This document shows positions 38,701 to 48,888 of a DNA stretch of 64,000 bases, in pieces. Source of the stretch: Hemiscyllium ocellatum (lineage: Eukaryota); contig NC_083419.1 in NCBI RefSeq assembly GCF_020745735.1, positions 51,308,135-51,372,134 of the forward strand, read 5' to 3'. Within the stretch, counting starts at the first letter, position 1; each line of letters begins with the position of its first letter. Both the position numbers and the translations under genes were made by a program. The notes beneath the pieces were generated by a model, which was not told the DNA's origin, searched no databases, and saw nothing but the letters and a program-made list of their open reading frames with translations.

Positions 38701-41700
38701 ATTGATCAAACAATAGTTTTGACTTGAGTTACACAGAACAAGTGGACAGGATTTCCAAATCAGTATTCTGTGCTTCTGAAGAGCTGGGACTATGCGAGCT
38801 ACAATAAATATTACCTTGATTCTTCTCACCTTTAACATGGGCCCCAATCATGACTCATTCATCAGTGTGATTTTAACTGACTGGAAATTACTGTCAGTCC
38901 CATTTTTATAATTATTTATGGAAACAACATGTGGGACTGCCATGAGCAGGTCAAAGGGTTCTATTAAAGTATAATTATCGGTCCAACAGATTTATTAAGC
39001 TTGTCGTGCTGCAGACAAGTACTTGTCTTCCACTGCACAACTACACATAGCTGTATGGTTAAGGCAAGAAGCTCGACATTTACAGAGCTCTGCCCCATTA
39101 CTCTGAAAGCCAGATATGTTCCATTGTAGCAGATTCTGAAGAAATTACCCAGGAGATCAAATTTACCTCTGGGCAAGTGTCCCACATCTGGAACATTCTG
39201 TAAGTTGTCATTAAAACCAGAATCTTCAGAGGGTTCGGACAAAATTAAGTAAAATAGTTACTCAGATAAAGTTTGACTATTAGCTACATAGCACAACCCT
39301 AGAGTAACTATGAAACAGTCTCCATACTTACATACTTCCAAATAGTCCACCCCCGGGACACTTACACCCCCTTCCCCCAAGGCCATGGGGTTTACCTTCT
39401 TCTGAGTGTGCTGCGGTTTGAAAGAACAGTCTAATGGAAGTACGACTCCACATTCCTGAGGGAGAACTGAGTGGAATCTCCTCTCAGGAATGTGGTGCTC
39501 CCTCATGTTGTGAAATAAAGGAGATGGACAGCCATTTCCTGGATAATTTGGTCCATTACTATCATTCTTTGCAAAGGCTATTGAATTACCATGAAAATTT
39601 TCCTTCCCAAACCAAACAATTCATTGATTCACATAAATGGAATCATTATTCTGAACACCAAAATGGTAGGTGACATAAGCTGGCCATGACAGCTTTCAGG
39701 CTTCATCTGCCCCTGTGCCCCAGACTGACTGAGAGATATTTGGGCAGTGCCACTTTTGTGATGGGCAACTGCTGCTGCTGATGTTCCATCACTGAGTAGC
39801 AATGTCACACAGCAGCACTGTGGCCCTGTGTGTGCCCGTTCACAAGCCAACCTAACAGTGATGCTCCTCACAATGAACACAACGTTAAAAATCACACAAC
39901 ACCAGGTTATAGTCCAAGAGGTTTAATTGGAAGCACATTAGCTTTCGGAGCGACGCTCCTTCATCAGGTGATTGTGAATGAACACAACATTTCATAAACA
40001 GGGGGAATAAATCAGTACACAGCCTGAAACACTAAGCCATATATTAACTTTCCTCTTTGATATATGAAATTATAACACACCTCCTTATTTTTCTATAAAT
40101 AGAGATATTAAAACACATTTTGTAATGCTATGATATGTCTGAGTCTTAAATAGATGTTGCCTCATTGCAGACTAGCACCAAAATAAAATAGCTCTGGCTT
40201 AAGACTGAATTAGATTTAACAAAATTTAATTCATCTAAACCGGATGCTCTGAATGAAGAGATTCTCATTGTAGTTCAATCTCAACCCAGCAGAGAATGGC
40301 AACATCTTGCTGCCTGACCATCTGCACTTAAACAGTGAGAAAACTGAATGGAACACCTACACATAGCACTAAGTCACAAAGTGCTTTTTAGCAGCAGTGC
40401 TTTTGACGTTACCTCATTTGCATACCCAACTGTGTCATCAATTACCACCATCGTGCACAAAGTAACTAGTCATGATTAATCCTGAACTTCAGTAACTTGC
40501 TTTAACACCCCATGTGCAGTTTCCAGTAGTAAGAAATACAAGTGAAAAAGGTCATTCAGAGGAGGGATAAACACAGAAAAAGTTGTTGAAATACATGTGT
40601 GGGATATAATCACAAAATACTGAAATCTGCAGATGCAAAGAACTTTTAGAATCTGACAAACCACAAGACTCACCCTCCAAACCACTCCCTACATCACTAA
40701 CACTTACAGGCAGTGAAGTCAGATGCCCTTCTGACTTTTGATTAATGGTCACAAAATACATCTTCACTCTCATTTTATCCTCTAATCCTTCTGCTGATTT
40801 ATTGGATACTGTTTGAGTCACACCCTTTATTAACTATCTTGCAACTTCTTATGCCTCCAGCCCTCACCCCTTCTTCTGCCTGGTTTTTATTCCTCATCAG
40901 TCATCCACCACCCAGCAGCCATCAGACCTCTCGCCTTCAACAGTCTGACTCAATGCATGCTCCTTTCCAGCTTCATAATGTTTTTCCTGCACTGAGCCAA
41001 GAACCAGTCAATGGATTGAGTTTAAAAACCAGAGAAAAACTGCAGATGCTGTAAATCAGAAACAAAAAAAATAGAAATTGCTGCAAAAGCAGTTCTGAGG
41101 TAGGGTCAACCGACTTGAAACGTTAACTCTGCTGTCTCTCCACAGATGCTGCCAGACCTGCTGAGCTTCTCCAACAATTTCTGGTTTTGAATGGATTGAG
41201 GTAAATAGTTTACCAGCTGACATTCAGTGATCTATATTATAGTATATTTTAATATGAAACAGAGGGCATGTAAACTGATATTAAAGCTCATCTGCATTCT
41301 GCTGAATACTTACATTCAGTACTCCAGTTCAGATTATGATCATCTGTAATTTGGAGAAGTTGGTTTACAGTTTCCAGTATGACACGTAGTTTCTGTTTCT
41401 GTGCATTGGCAGACACAGCAATTTCCTCCACATCCAGCTTGATGTTTCCTAAATGTGCTAATGGAGAGATACAGGGAAAATAAAAACTTTCTGCTTGAAA
41501 CTGAACTCTCGGCTGTGCAGATACATATAGGCCGACGAGCTATTGCTCTGTCTTTCTACTGCTACAAGAAGCATCTGCCTTGCATTCTTAAAACTGATGC
41601 TTATTATCATACTTTCTCATTTCTAATGTTTACAGCTACAATTCTAGCCATTAAGTTCAAGTGAATCACAACTCAATTGCTGTTATCAAACAAATTTGAA

Positions 41701-44700
41701 GATTGGGAAGTGCTCATCAGTTCTGGGTTAATTATAGTCTACTCTGATATGGAGCCTGGGACTTTTCTTAACACTCTCTTGTTCAATTTGTCCTCAGCTA
41801 TACTTCACTTGTGCACATTTAAAGAGGACTGTTCCATAGAGCCCAACACCTTTAACTTTGAACCTTTGGCATCCTTGCATTGAACAACAACATTATGTTC
41901 AAGACTTCTCAATTGTTACCTTACTTTCATCTCAATTGTTTGCACTATCAGTTCCCAGGACTTGGTCAAGAAATGCACCCTTCCCTGTTTAAAAACACAT
42001 GGATTCAGGAAGTAATCCAAAATATTGTCTAAAGTCAGTTTCCAATTTGACCACATGCATTTCCTTTACACCAGATAATGTTTGTGGTAAGGAAACAAAC
42101 AAAATACCATAAGGGCAACAGAACTGAAGCACGCTGGGTCTTGACAGGCTTACCTAGCAGATGGTGTAGTATTAATCCATCATATAGGTCTTCTTCTAGT
42201 GATTGGACAACAATATGATCCTGCTTCAATGTAGCATTGATCCAGTCAATGAGAAACTGAGAAGAGGCAATAAGAGCTGGTTCAGCAGTTCATAAGCAAA
42301 TAAATTCCAAACTGCTTTTTAAATTAAATGGCACAATATCTAGTGGCATAATAAAAAAGCTAATAAAAAGCTAACATTTGCATGAAGGTTTCATCCGCAA
42401 ATATTATTCCCTATTGTCAAATTTTCCATTATAAATTTAACATTTATCATAAAAAAGCTTTCTCTATGTTAACTAGCTGCTTTAAAGGGTGAGATTCCAA
42501 AGTAAACACTATGCTATCTGTCCATACAAAATACTCAAAATATTTTCACATTTCTAATCCCTCATGCCAGAGAGCATCCCAGCTTTCTTGCTCTGTTTTC
42601 TCCTTATAACTTGGAGCCAAAATCTGTTACACAGTAGCAATCCACAAGTTAATCTCAACCAGATGGTTGAAGAATAACAAATATGTATAAACACAAAAAG
42701 ACTTCAAACCAGGGAGTCATAGCATAATTGACCATACAACCAGAGAGAAGCAATTCAGCCTTTCAGATATGCACCGGCTCTTTGCAAGAGCAACATTCCT
42801 GATGCCTGCTTTTTATCCCCTGGAGACTTGCAATCCTTTCCTTTACAGGTAATTATCAAATTCTCTTTTGAAAGCCATGACTGAATCAACGTCCACAAAA
42901 TTCTCAGGCTGTGCATTTCCCTCGCCTTGTAAAATGTTGTCCCTTACTCCTTGAGTTTTTAAAAACTTAATTTCACCTGAAATTGGTGTCCTGTGGTTTT
43001 CGACCATTCTGCCAATGGGAACAGTTTCACTCCATCTACTCTGCCCAAACCCTTAAATGTCAGGCTGAGAAGAGAGGTATAGAAGCTGAAGCTGAAAACC
43101 AGATTGCAGGAGAGAAGGGGACTACCAGGGGTATGGGTCAGGAGGGGAAATGGAGAGGCATTCAGGGAAAAGGTCAAAGGATGAACCAGAAGAGTGAAGG
43201 TTAGGGGCAGTGGGATGGGGTGATTTGAAATAGAGTGTATCGGTGCACGTGGAGGGCAGGGGTTACAGAAACCAGAATGAAATAGAAATATAGAAAATAG
43301 TAGGAGTAGGCCATTTAGCCCATCGATCTCACTCCACCATTCAACATGATCAGGGCTGACCCTTTTCTCAATGCCATACCTCACCCTCCCATTCTCCCAT
43401 ATACTTTGACATCAATAACATGTAGAAATCTATTTATTCCTTGAATATATTTCGTGACCTAGCTTTATGTGATAGAGATTGATGAAGTTTCACCACTTTT
43501 TGAGGGAAGAACTTTCTCCTCATCTTAGTCGAAATAGGGTGCATCGTATCCTGAGAGCCTGACCCTTTGTTCTGGACCCTCTGACCAAGTGCGACAGCAT
43601 CCTTGATCCAATCTGTCTATCCAGGTCAGAATTTTACATGTTTCAATGAGATCCCCTCTTATTCTACTGACATCCAGTCAACAGAGGCCTAATCGATCTC
43701 TCTTCACAGTACAAACCTGCCAACCCCGGAATCAGTCTGATGAACATGCGTTGCACTGCCTCTATGGCAAGTATAGACTTTTCTCTGAAATGAGACCAAA
43801 CCTGCATGCAATGCTCTAGGTGTGGTCTCATCAAGGCTCTCCACTGCTGAAATAAGACTTCCTTGTTCCTGCAATCACAGCTTTTCTGTGCAATGAACTT
43901 CCTAACTGCTTGCAACACATGCATGCTCGCTTTTGGTGACAAGAATAACCAGGTTCCTTTATGCATTAGCATTTCCCAATCTATACCATTTCAATAGTAC
44001 TCTGCCATTCATCTTTTCTGACTGAAGTGGACAGCTTCATACTTATCAATATTTTATAGCATCTGCCATGCATTTGTTCACTCATTCTACTTAACTAAAT
44101 CACTCTGAAGCCTCTTTACATCCTCCTGAGCACTCTCACTCCCTGTTTTTGGCAAAGTGGACATTTGATTACCTTACCCAAAACACTAATGTACATCTTG
44201 AAGAAGTAGGGCCCAAGTACTTCACATATCCTGCCTTCTACTCTGAAAAAGACATTTATTCCTACTCTATTCCCTGTCTGCTAACAAATTCTCTATCTAT
44301 GCTGGCATTTTATCAACGCTGTGTGCTTTGATTTTACACATTAACTTCTCATGTGGGACTTTTTCAAACAATTTAACATTTTGTTTTTAAAGTTACAAAT
44401 GCCATGTAAAGTTCTTTTAAAAATGAACCTGGAGACCATTATCCTGAAGCTGGTCCTGACTTCAGTGTTCAGACATGTGATGGACCACTGAGATTTCAAA
44501 AGGGCAAGTGGGCTATGAAGTGTCACTCAATCCCAAAGTGTTCAGGATTTAGAAGTAAAATCAATAGAAATCTGACCTCTTCTCCAGACAGATAAAGGTC
44601 TACACGTTCATCTCAATCTACATTGTGAGTGATCACAATAAAAACAGAAGGAAGGTGAAGTTTTTAACCGTCATTAATTGGTCCAATTTCGGATCCTTGA

Positions 44701-47700
44701 GTGAATTTGGTTGTATAAATTTTCTCCTTTCACCTGTGAAAGCAAAAAGGGATATCCAAATAAACAGTAAATCGATAAGTAACATTTCTTCTCAGCATAT
44801 TCCACTGAGCCAATACAGTCAGGAATTGTTTGCAAGTGACAAACCATTGCATGCAATGGCCAATGTCAGTATCAATTATATAGGTCATTTTGGGCTTTAC
44901 CAGCAGTAAAGTTTTGAGCAGTACGATCAGATGTAGGATTAAGTCTGCAATTTCCAAACAGCTGTTTATAGTGCTGATTAGGCTATAGCAACCAGAAAAT
45001 GGCAAATTCACTGGGTGATGAAACCCACAGGTGTAGGGGTGCAGACCATCCAGAAGCTCTTTTAAATACAGGAGCTTTGGCATAAATCAGTTACATAGCA
45101 TCATTTGCAGAAACTGGTGCAGGAAAGAAAATTAACATTTAAAATATTAAATACAATACAGAGATATTACACAGAATCACTACTGGACAGAAGATGACCG
45201 TTCAGCTCACTAGTAACAGACACCGGCTGATGTCTGCATTGGTTTGTCTGGAAGAATTATGACTTAATGCCATTGTTCTGCCTTTTCCCCATACCCTTTC
45301 ACAGTGTTGCTATTCAAATAATCACTTTCTCCTAGATTCCTGAAGAAGGGCTCATGCCCGAAACGTCGACTCTCCTGCTCTTTGGATGCTGCCTGACCTG
45401 CTGCGCTTTTCCAGCAACACATTTTCAGCTCTATCCTCATACTGAGCCCAGCTTTTACAAAGGGTCAGTTAGACTCGAAATGTCAGCTCTTTTTCTCTCC
45501 TTACAGATGCTGCCAGACCTGCTGAGATTTTCCAGCATTTTCTCTTTATCCTCATACTGAGGGTTCTCATCCTAAGAACTATTTTCATAACCCCTTTTCA
45601 GTCTCTCTAAAACACTTGTGTCCTTCCTGTAGTGTAGCATTCAGAACCGAACACAATATTCCAGTTGAAGTCTAACTAGTATAAGTTCAGCATATCCTCC
45701 TTTTTCTTGTCTTTGGTGCCCTATTAATAAAGCTCAGGATACAATATGCTTTAATAACTGCTCTCTCTGCCTGTAAAAGAGTCAGAGAGATGTACAGCAT
45801 GGAAACAGACTCTTCGGTCCAACTCGTTCATGCTGACCAGATATCCCAACCCAATCTAGTCCCACCTGCCAGCACCCAGCCCCATATCCCTCCAAACCCT
45901 TCCTATTCATATACTCATCCAGATGCCTCTTAAATGTTGCAATTGTACCAGCCTCCACCACTTCCTCTGACACTTCATTTCATACACGTACCACCCTTGG
46001 CGTGAAAAGGTTGCCCCTTAGGTCTCTTTTATATCTTTCCCCTCTCACCATAAACTTATGACCTCTGGTTCTGGACTCCCCAACCACAGGGAAAAGACTT
46101 TGTCTATTTATCCTATCCATGCCCCTCATAATTTTGTAAACCTCTATAAGGTCACCCCTCAGCCTCCGACGCTCCAGGGAAAACAGCCCAGCCTGTTCAG
46201 CCTCTCACTATAGCTCAAATCCACCAATCCTGGCAACATCCTTGTAAATCTTTTCTGAACCCTTTCAAGTTTCACAACATCCTTCCAATAGGAAGGAGAC
46301 CAGAATTGCACGCAATATTCCAACAGTGGCCTAATCAACGTCCTGTACTGCCGCAACATGACCTCCCAACTCCTGTACTCAATACCCTGACCAATAAAGG
46401 AAAGCATACCAACACCTTCTTCACTATCCTATCTACCCGCGACTCCACTTTTAGGGAGCTATGAACCTGCACTCCAAGGTCTCTTTGTTCAACAACACTC
46501 CCTCGGACCTTACCATTAAGTGTATAAATCCTGCTAAGATTTGCTTTCCCAAAATGCAGCACCTCGCATGTATCTGAATTCTCAGCCCATTGACCCATCT
46601 GGTCCAGATCCTGTTGTAATCTGAGGTAACCCTCTTCGCTGTCCACTACACCTCCAATTTTGGTGTCATCTGCAAACTTACTCACTGTACCTCTTATGCA
46701 CGCACCCAAATCATTTATGTAAATGACAAAAAGTAGAGGACCCAGCAACAATCCTTGTGGCACTCCACTGGTCACAGTCCTCCAGTCTGAAAAACAACCC
46801 TCCATCACCACACTCTGTCTTCTACCTTTGAGCCAGTTCTGTATCCAAATGGCTGGTTCTCCCTGTATCCCATAAGGTCTAACCTTGCTAATCAGTCTCC
46901 CGTGGGGAACCTTGTCGAACGCCTTACTGAAGTCCATATAGATCACATCTACTGCTCTGCCCTCATCAATCTTCTTTGTTACTTGCTCAAAAAACTCAAT
47001 CAAGTTTGTGAGACATGACTTCCCATGCACAAAGCCATGTTGACTATCCCGAATCAGTCCTTGCCTTTCCAAATACTTGTACATCCTGTCCCTCAGGATT
47101 CCCTCCAACAACTTGCCCACCACTGAGGTCAGGCTCACCAGTTTATAGTTCCCTGGCTTATCTTTCCCCACCTTCTTAAACATTTGCCAACCTCCAGTGT
47201 TCCGGCATCTCACCTGTGACTATCGATGATACAAATATCTCATCAAGAGGACCAGCAATCACTTCTCTAGCTTCCCACAGAATCCTCGGGTACAGCTGAT
47301 CAGGTCCTGGGGATTTATCCACCTTTAACCGTTTCAAGACGTCTAGCACTTCATCATCTGTAATCTGGACATTTTGCAAGATGTCACCATCTAATTTCCT
47401 ACAGTCTATATCTTTCATTTCCTTTTCCACAGTAAATACTGATGCAAAATATTCATTTAGTATCTCCTACATTTTCTGTGGCTCCACACAAAGGCCGCCT
47501 TGCTGATCTTTGAGGGGTCCTTTTCTCTCCCTAGTTACCCTTTTGTCCTTAATATATTTGTAAAAACCCTTTGGATTCTCCTTAATTCTATTTGCCAAAG
47601 TTATCTCAAGTCCCCTTTTTGCCCTCCTGATTTCCGTCTTAAGTATACTCCTACTTCCTTTATACTCTTCTAAGGATTCACTCGATCTATCCTGTCTATA

Positions 47701-48888
47701 CCTGACATATCCTTCCTTCTCTTTCTTAACCAAACTCTCAATTTCTTTAGTCATTCAGCATTCCCTATTCCCACCAGCCTTCCCTTTCACCCTGACAGGA
47801 ATATACTTTCTCTGGATTCGTGTTATCTCATTTCTGAATTATTTTATTTCCAATTACTCAGCCAATATTGTATCTACTTTGCTACTGTCCGTTTTGTTCC
47901 ATGAGCTGTATAACATTTTTCACAAGTATGGGCTACTGTATCCTTTTTCAAAATTCTAATACACCACACCAACAGCATTTCCCTCATCAGCCTTTCTGTT
48001 ACCCCTTCAAAAAATTCCAACAAGTAAGCCAAACACAATTTCTCCTTTCCCTAGTCTGAGTCTTCCTAAAAAAAAACATTTTTTTTTCCTATGTGACCAC
48101 TAATTCTGTCCCAATAATTGTTTCCAGAAGTTTCATACTGAGGTTAAACTGACTGGTCTGTAATTGATAGCCTTATCCTTACAACCTTTTCTGAACTAGG
48201 GCATAGTGTCTTTTATTGTGCAGTCCTTGACACCTCCTCTGTGTCTCGGAAGTCTGAATGACAATGGTCAGTGTCCCTATAATTGTCATTCTCTTTTACT
48301 TCAATGGATGCATCTAAACCGGTCCCACTGCTTTGTCAACTTTAAGTATAAATAACTTATCCAACGATTTCTCCTTATCAATTTCAGTCACAGCTTCCAT
48401 CTCTCTCAACATTTCCTGGGCAGCATTATTTTCTTGTTAAAGTAAAGCATACAATTAATATCTCATCCATGCCTCCTGCTTCAATGTATAAATCCCCTTT
48501 TTGATCCTTAAATCACTAATCTTCCCTTTACCACCCTTTTACTATTGATGTGCTTATAGAAAACTTTAGTATTTCCTTTACGTTAGTTGCCAGTTTTTTC
48601 TCATAATCCATCTTTGCTTTTCTATTATGCTTTTTAACACCCCCTCTGAATAGTTTTGGGACATCAACCTGTTCTACCTGAGTTGTCTTTCCTGCTACAT
48701 GATCAGGATATAACACTGGAACATTTTGTCTCTCAACAGAAAAACATATTGTGTAGAGATGCCAAGAGAAAATTTAAATGAAACATTTTTTAAAAGCAAC
48801 GTGAGCACAAACCTGGAGCAACGTCAATTTCTGTTGATGGTTTAAATTCTTCATACTCAGTGACAAGATTAGGAATTGATGAATCCAT
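14645..48888 (-). CDS. PARVG: Gamma-parvin (two calponin-homology domains), 12 coding exons, 322 aa: join(48888-48813,44733-44669,42256-42154,41457-41314,38671-38556,32081-32026,30410-30382,28910-28849,24510-24442,18144-18043,17303-17231,14718-14645)
   Basis: Manual splicing gives an uninterrupted 969-nt frame with GT-AG introns and matching phases. The translation has parvin hallmarks: [98 protein letters not shown]. The short N-terminus and the 'DGLILHHL' and 'IGQLEG' motifs fit gamma- rather than alpha/beta-parvin as I recall them. Confidence 0.93.
16495..16681. mobile_element. Tigger/pogo-like MITE, 187 bp
   Basis: TIRs CAGGTCGTTCTGCTATAACGCG and reverse complement TAGGTTGTTCTGATATAACACG; TA on both sides. 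Confidence 0.8.
17231..17303 (-). CDS. PARVG: PARVG coding exon 11 ([24 protein letters not shown]), 73 nt
   Basis: aattacag| acceptor, GCAG|gtcagt donor, HNV motif. Confidence 0.96.
18043..18144 (-). CDS. PARVG: PARVG coding exon 10 ([34 protein letters not shown]), 102 nt
   Basis: atttcccag| acceptor, AAG|gtgagt donor. Confidence 0.97.
18562..18776. mobile_element. Short palindromic Penelope-type insert (second family) with hammerhead core
   Basis: 88-bp inverted arms at 18587-18674 and 18689-18776; TSD TAGGAAGCAT at 18552-18561 and 18777-18786. Confidence 0.8.
18686..18714 (+). ncRNA. Minimal type I hammerhead ribozyme core
   Basis: cac-CTGATGA-A-GGAGC-gtc-GCTCT-GAAAG-CTA-gtg (stem I cac/gtg). 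Confidence 0.7.
18850..20572. mobile_element. Rearranged CR1/HER1-like LINE (plus 18935-20045, inverted RT segment 20055-20540, plus-strand tail)
   Basis: [16 protein letters not shown] and KSPGSDQV on plus; [21 protein letters not shown] on minus. Confidence 0.85.
20865..21270 (+). mobile_element. Ancient Deu-domain SINE (SacSINE1/AmnSINE1-like)
   Basis: Colinear match to the Deu domain as I recall it: GGAGTGCTACATTGTTAGAG...CCTGGCCAACATTTATCCTTCAA...CAACAGTAACTACAC...GCTGTAAA...ACAAATGCAG. Confidence 0.65.
23215..23990 (-). mobile_element. Penelope-like element 3' part: decayed GIY-YIG endonuclease, terminal repeat and inverted partial terminal repeat
   Basis: Minus-strand peptide [36 protein letters not shown]...VAEHFN...[17 protein letters not shown]; inverted copy of the terminal motif at 23944-23990; 16-bp flanking direct repeat CATAGTCATAGAGATG (23199-23214, 23991-24006). 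Confidence 0.9.
23991..24385 (-). mobile_element. CR1/HER1-like LINE 3' end
   Basis: Highly similar to 45781-46160. Confidence 0.85.
24442..24510 (-). CDS. PARVG: PARVG coding exon 9 ([23 protein letters not shown]), 69 nt
   Basis: cttttttag| acceptor, CAG|gtttgt donor, F.NKHL motif. Confidence 0.95.
25389..25492. mobile_element. Very short inverted Penelope-type terminal fragment
   Basis: Same tail as 3466-3694; TSD TTATCCTCACTGCT at 25375-25388 and 25493-25506. Confidence 0.75.
26400..27960 (-). mobile_element. Ancient RTE-clade LINE relic; boundaries approximate
   Basis: Decayed minus-strand peptides [10 protein letters not shown]...[12 protein letters not shown] and AGHVAGMPD. Confidence 0.55.
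26744..26898 (+). mobile_element. Penelope-type terminal insert with decayed hammerhead core, inside an RTE relic
   Basis: TSD GTGAAAGTGGTGG at 26731-26743 and 26899-26911; core at 26810-26836. Confidence 0.75.
28459..28857. repeat. 19-bp minisatellite, 21 units, with a 4-unit (76-bp) higher-order period, overlapping the PARVG exon 8 donor
   Basis: Units such as AATATAATACCTGCTGTAC counted directly; the last unit contains the final 9 nt of the exon and first 10 nt of the intron. Confidence 0.97.
28849..28910 (-). CDS. PARVG: PARVG coding exon 8 ([21 protein letters not shown]), 62 nt
   Basis: gtgtttttag| acceptor, CAG|gtatta donor, D..LFKL..KV motif at the CH2 start. Confidence 0.92.
29909..30046 (+). 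mobile_element. Penelope-type terminal monomer with hammerhead core
   Basis: TSD ACTGATTTAAAGAT at 29895-29908 and 30047-30060; core at 29911-29938 with CTGGAGA variant. Confidence 0.82.
30382..30410 (-). CDS. PARVG: PARVG coding exon 7, 29-nt micro-exon ([10 protein letters not shown])
   Basis: tttggaatag| acceptor, CCAG|gtaaga donor; supplies the phase 2 to 1 change needed between exons 6 and 8. Confidence 0.8.
30806..31164 (-). mobile_element. HE1-like V-SINE, near full length
   Basis: Head GGTGGCATGGTGGCTCAGTGG...GGGTTCGATTCC on minus plus central V domain. Confidence 0.88.
32026..32081 (-). CDS. PARVG: PARVG coding exon 6 ([18 protein letters not shown]), 56 nt
   Basis: cttttgctag| acceptor, AAG|gtagga donor, phase 0 to 2 fits neighbours; linker region. 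Confidence 0.85.
32740..34104 (+). mobile_element. Rex1/Babar-like LINE remnant with RT core deleted
   Basis: [48 protein letters not shown] and [15 protein letters not shown] peptides; AATAAA plus short-repeat tail. Confidence 0.8.
34890..36990 (-). mobile_element. CR1-like LINE with internal deletions (endonuclease and RT remnants)
   Basis: [32 protein letters not shown]...GDSDHN and [12 protein letters not shown] peptides. Confidence 0.88.
38556..38671 (-). CDS. PARVG: PARVG coding exon 5 ([39 protein letters not shown]), 116 nt
   Basis: ccctttcag| acceptor, GAG|gtaact donor, LHLLVA motif. Confidence 0.96.
39884..39976 (-). mobile_element. 93-bp Penelope-type insert (same family as 18562-18776) with hammerhead core
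   Basis: TSD AATGAACACAAC at 39872-39883 and 39977-39988. Confidence 0.82.
39939..39967 (-). ncRNA. Minimal type I hammerhead ribozyme core, sense to the PARVG pre-mRNA
   Basis: CTGATGA-A-GGAGC-gtc-GCTCC-GAAAG-CTA on minus. Confidence 0.68.
41021..41189 (+). mobile_element. Older Penelope-type insert with decayed hammerhead core
   Basis: TSD AATGGATTGAG at 41010-41020 and 41190-41200; core at 41095-41124. Confidence 0.72.
41314..41457 (-). CDS. PARVG: PARVG coding exon 4 ([48 protein letters not shown]), 144 nt
   Basis: ctccattag| acceptor, T|gtaagt donor, QKQKL motif. Confidence 0.95.
42154..42256 (-). CDS. PARVG: PARVG coding exon 3 ([34 protein letters not shown]), 103 nt
   Basis: cttctcag| acceptor, G|gtaagc donor, CH1 domain start. 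Confidence 0.97.
43290..44370 (-). mobile_element. Old CR1-like LINE relic
   Basis: [12 protein letters not shown]...[14 protein letters not shown] on minus. Confidence 0.7.
44669..44733 (-). CDS. PARVG: PARVG coding exon 2 ([22 protein letters not shown]), 65 nt
   Basis: tttcacag| acceptor, ACG|gttaaa donor, KDPK motif. Confidence 0.92.
45323..45546 (+). mobile_element. Two adjacent Penelope-type terminal inserts (45323-45431 and 45447-45546)
   Basis: First has an intact hammerhead core; second is flanked by TSD TATCCTCATACTGAG at 45432-45446 and 45547-45561. Confidence 0.78.
45340..45367 (+). ncRNA. Minimal type I hammerhead ribozyme core
   Basis: CTGAAGA-A-GGGC-tcat-GCCC-GAAAC-GTC. Confidence 0.72.
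45781..47840 (-). mobile_element. Young 5'-truncated CR1/HER1-like LINE; 292-aa RT fragment at 46335-47213
   Basis: [36 protein letters not shown] and FADDTK motifs; frameshifts. Confidence 0.93.
48813..48888 (-). CDS. PARVG: PARVG first coding exon ([26 protein letters not shown]); exon begins at 48903 with 15 nt before the ATG
   Basis: Acceptor tatctacag| at 48904, ATG at 48888, donor CCAG|gtttgt. Phase 1 matches the next exon. The sequence is poorly conserved, so the call rests on splice sites, size and phase. Confidence 0.7.
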
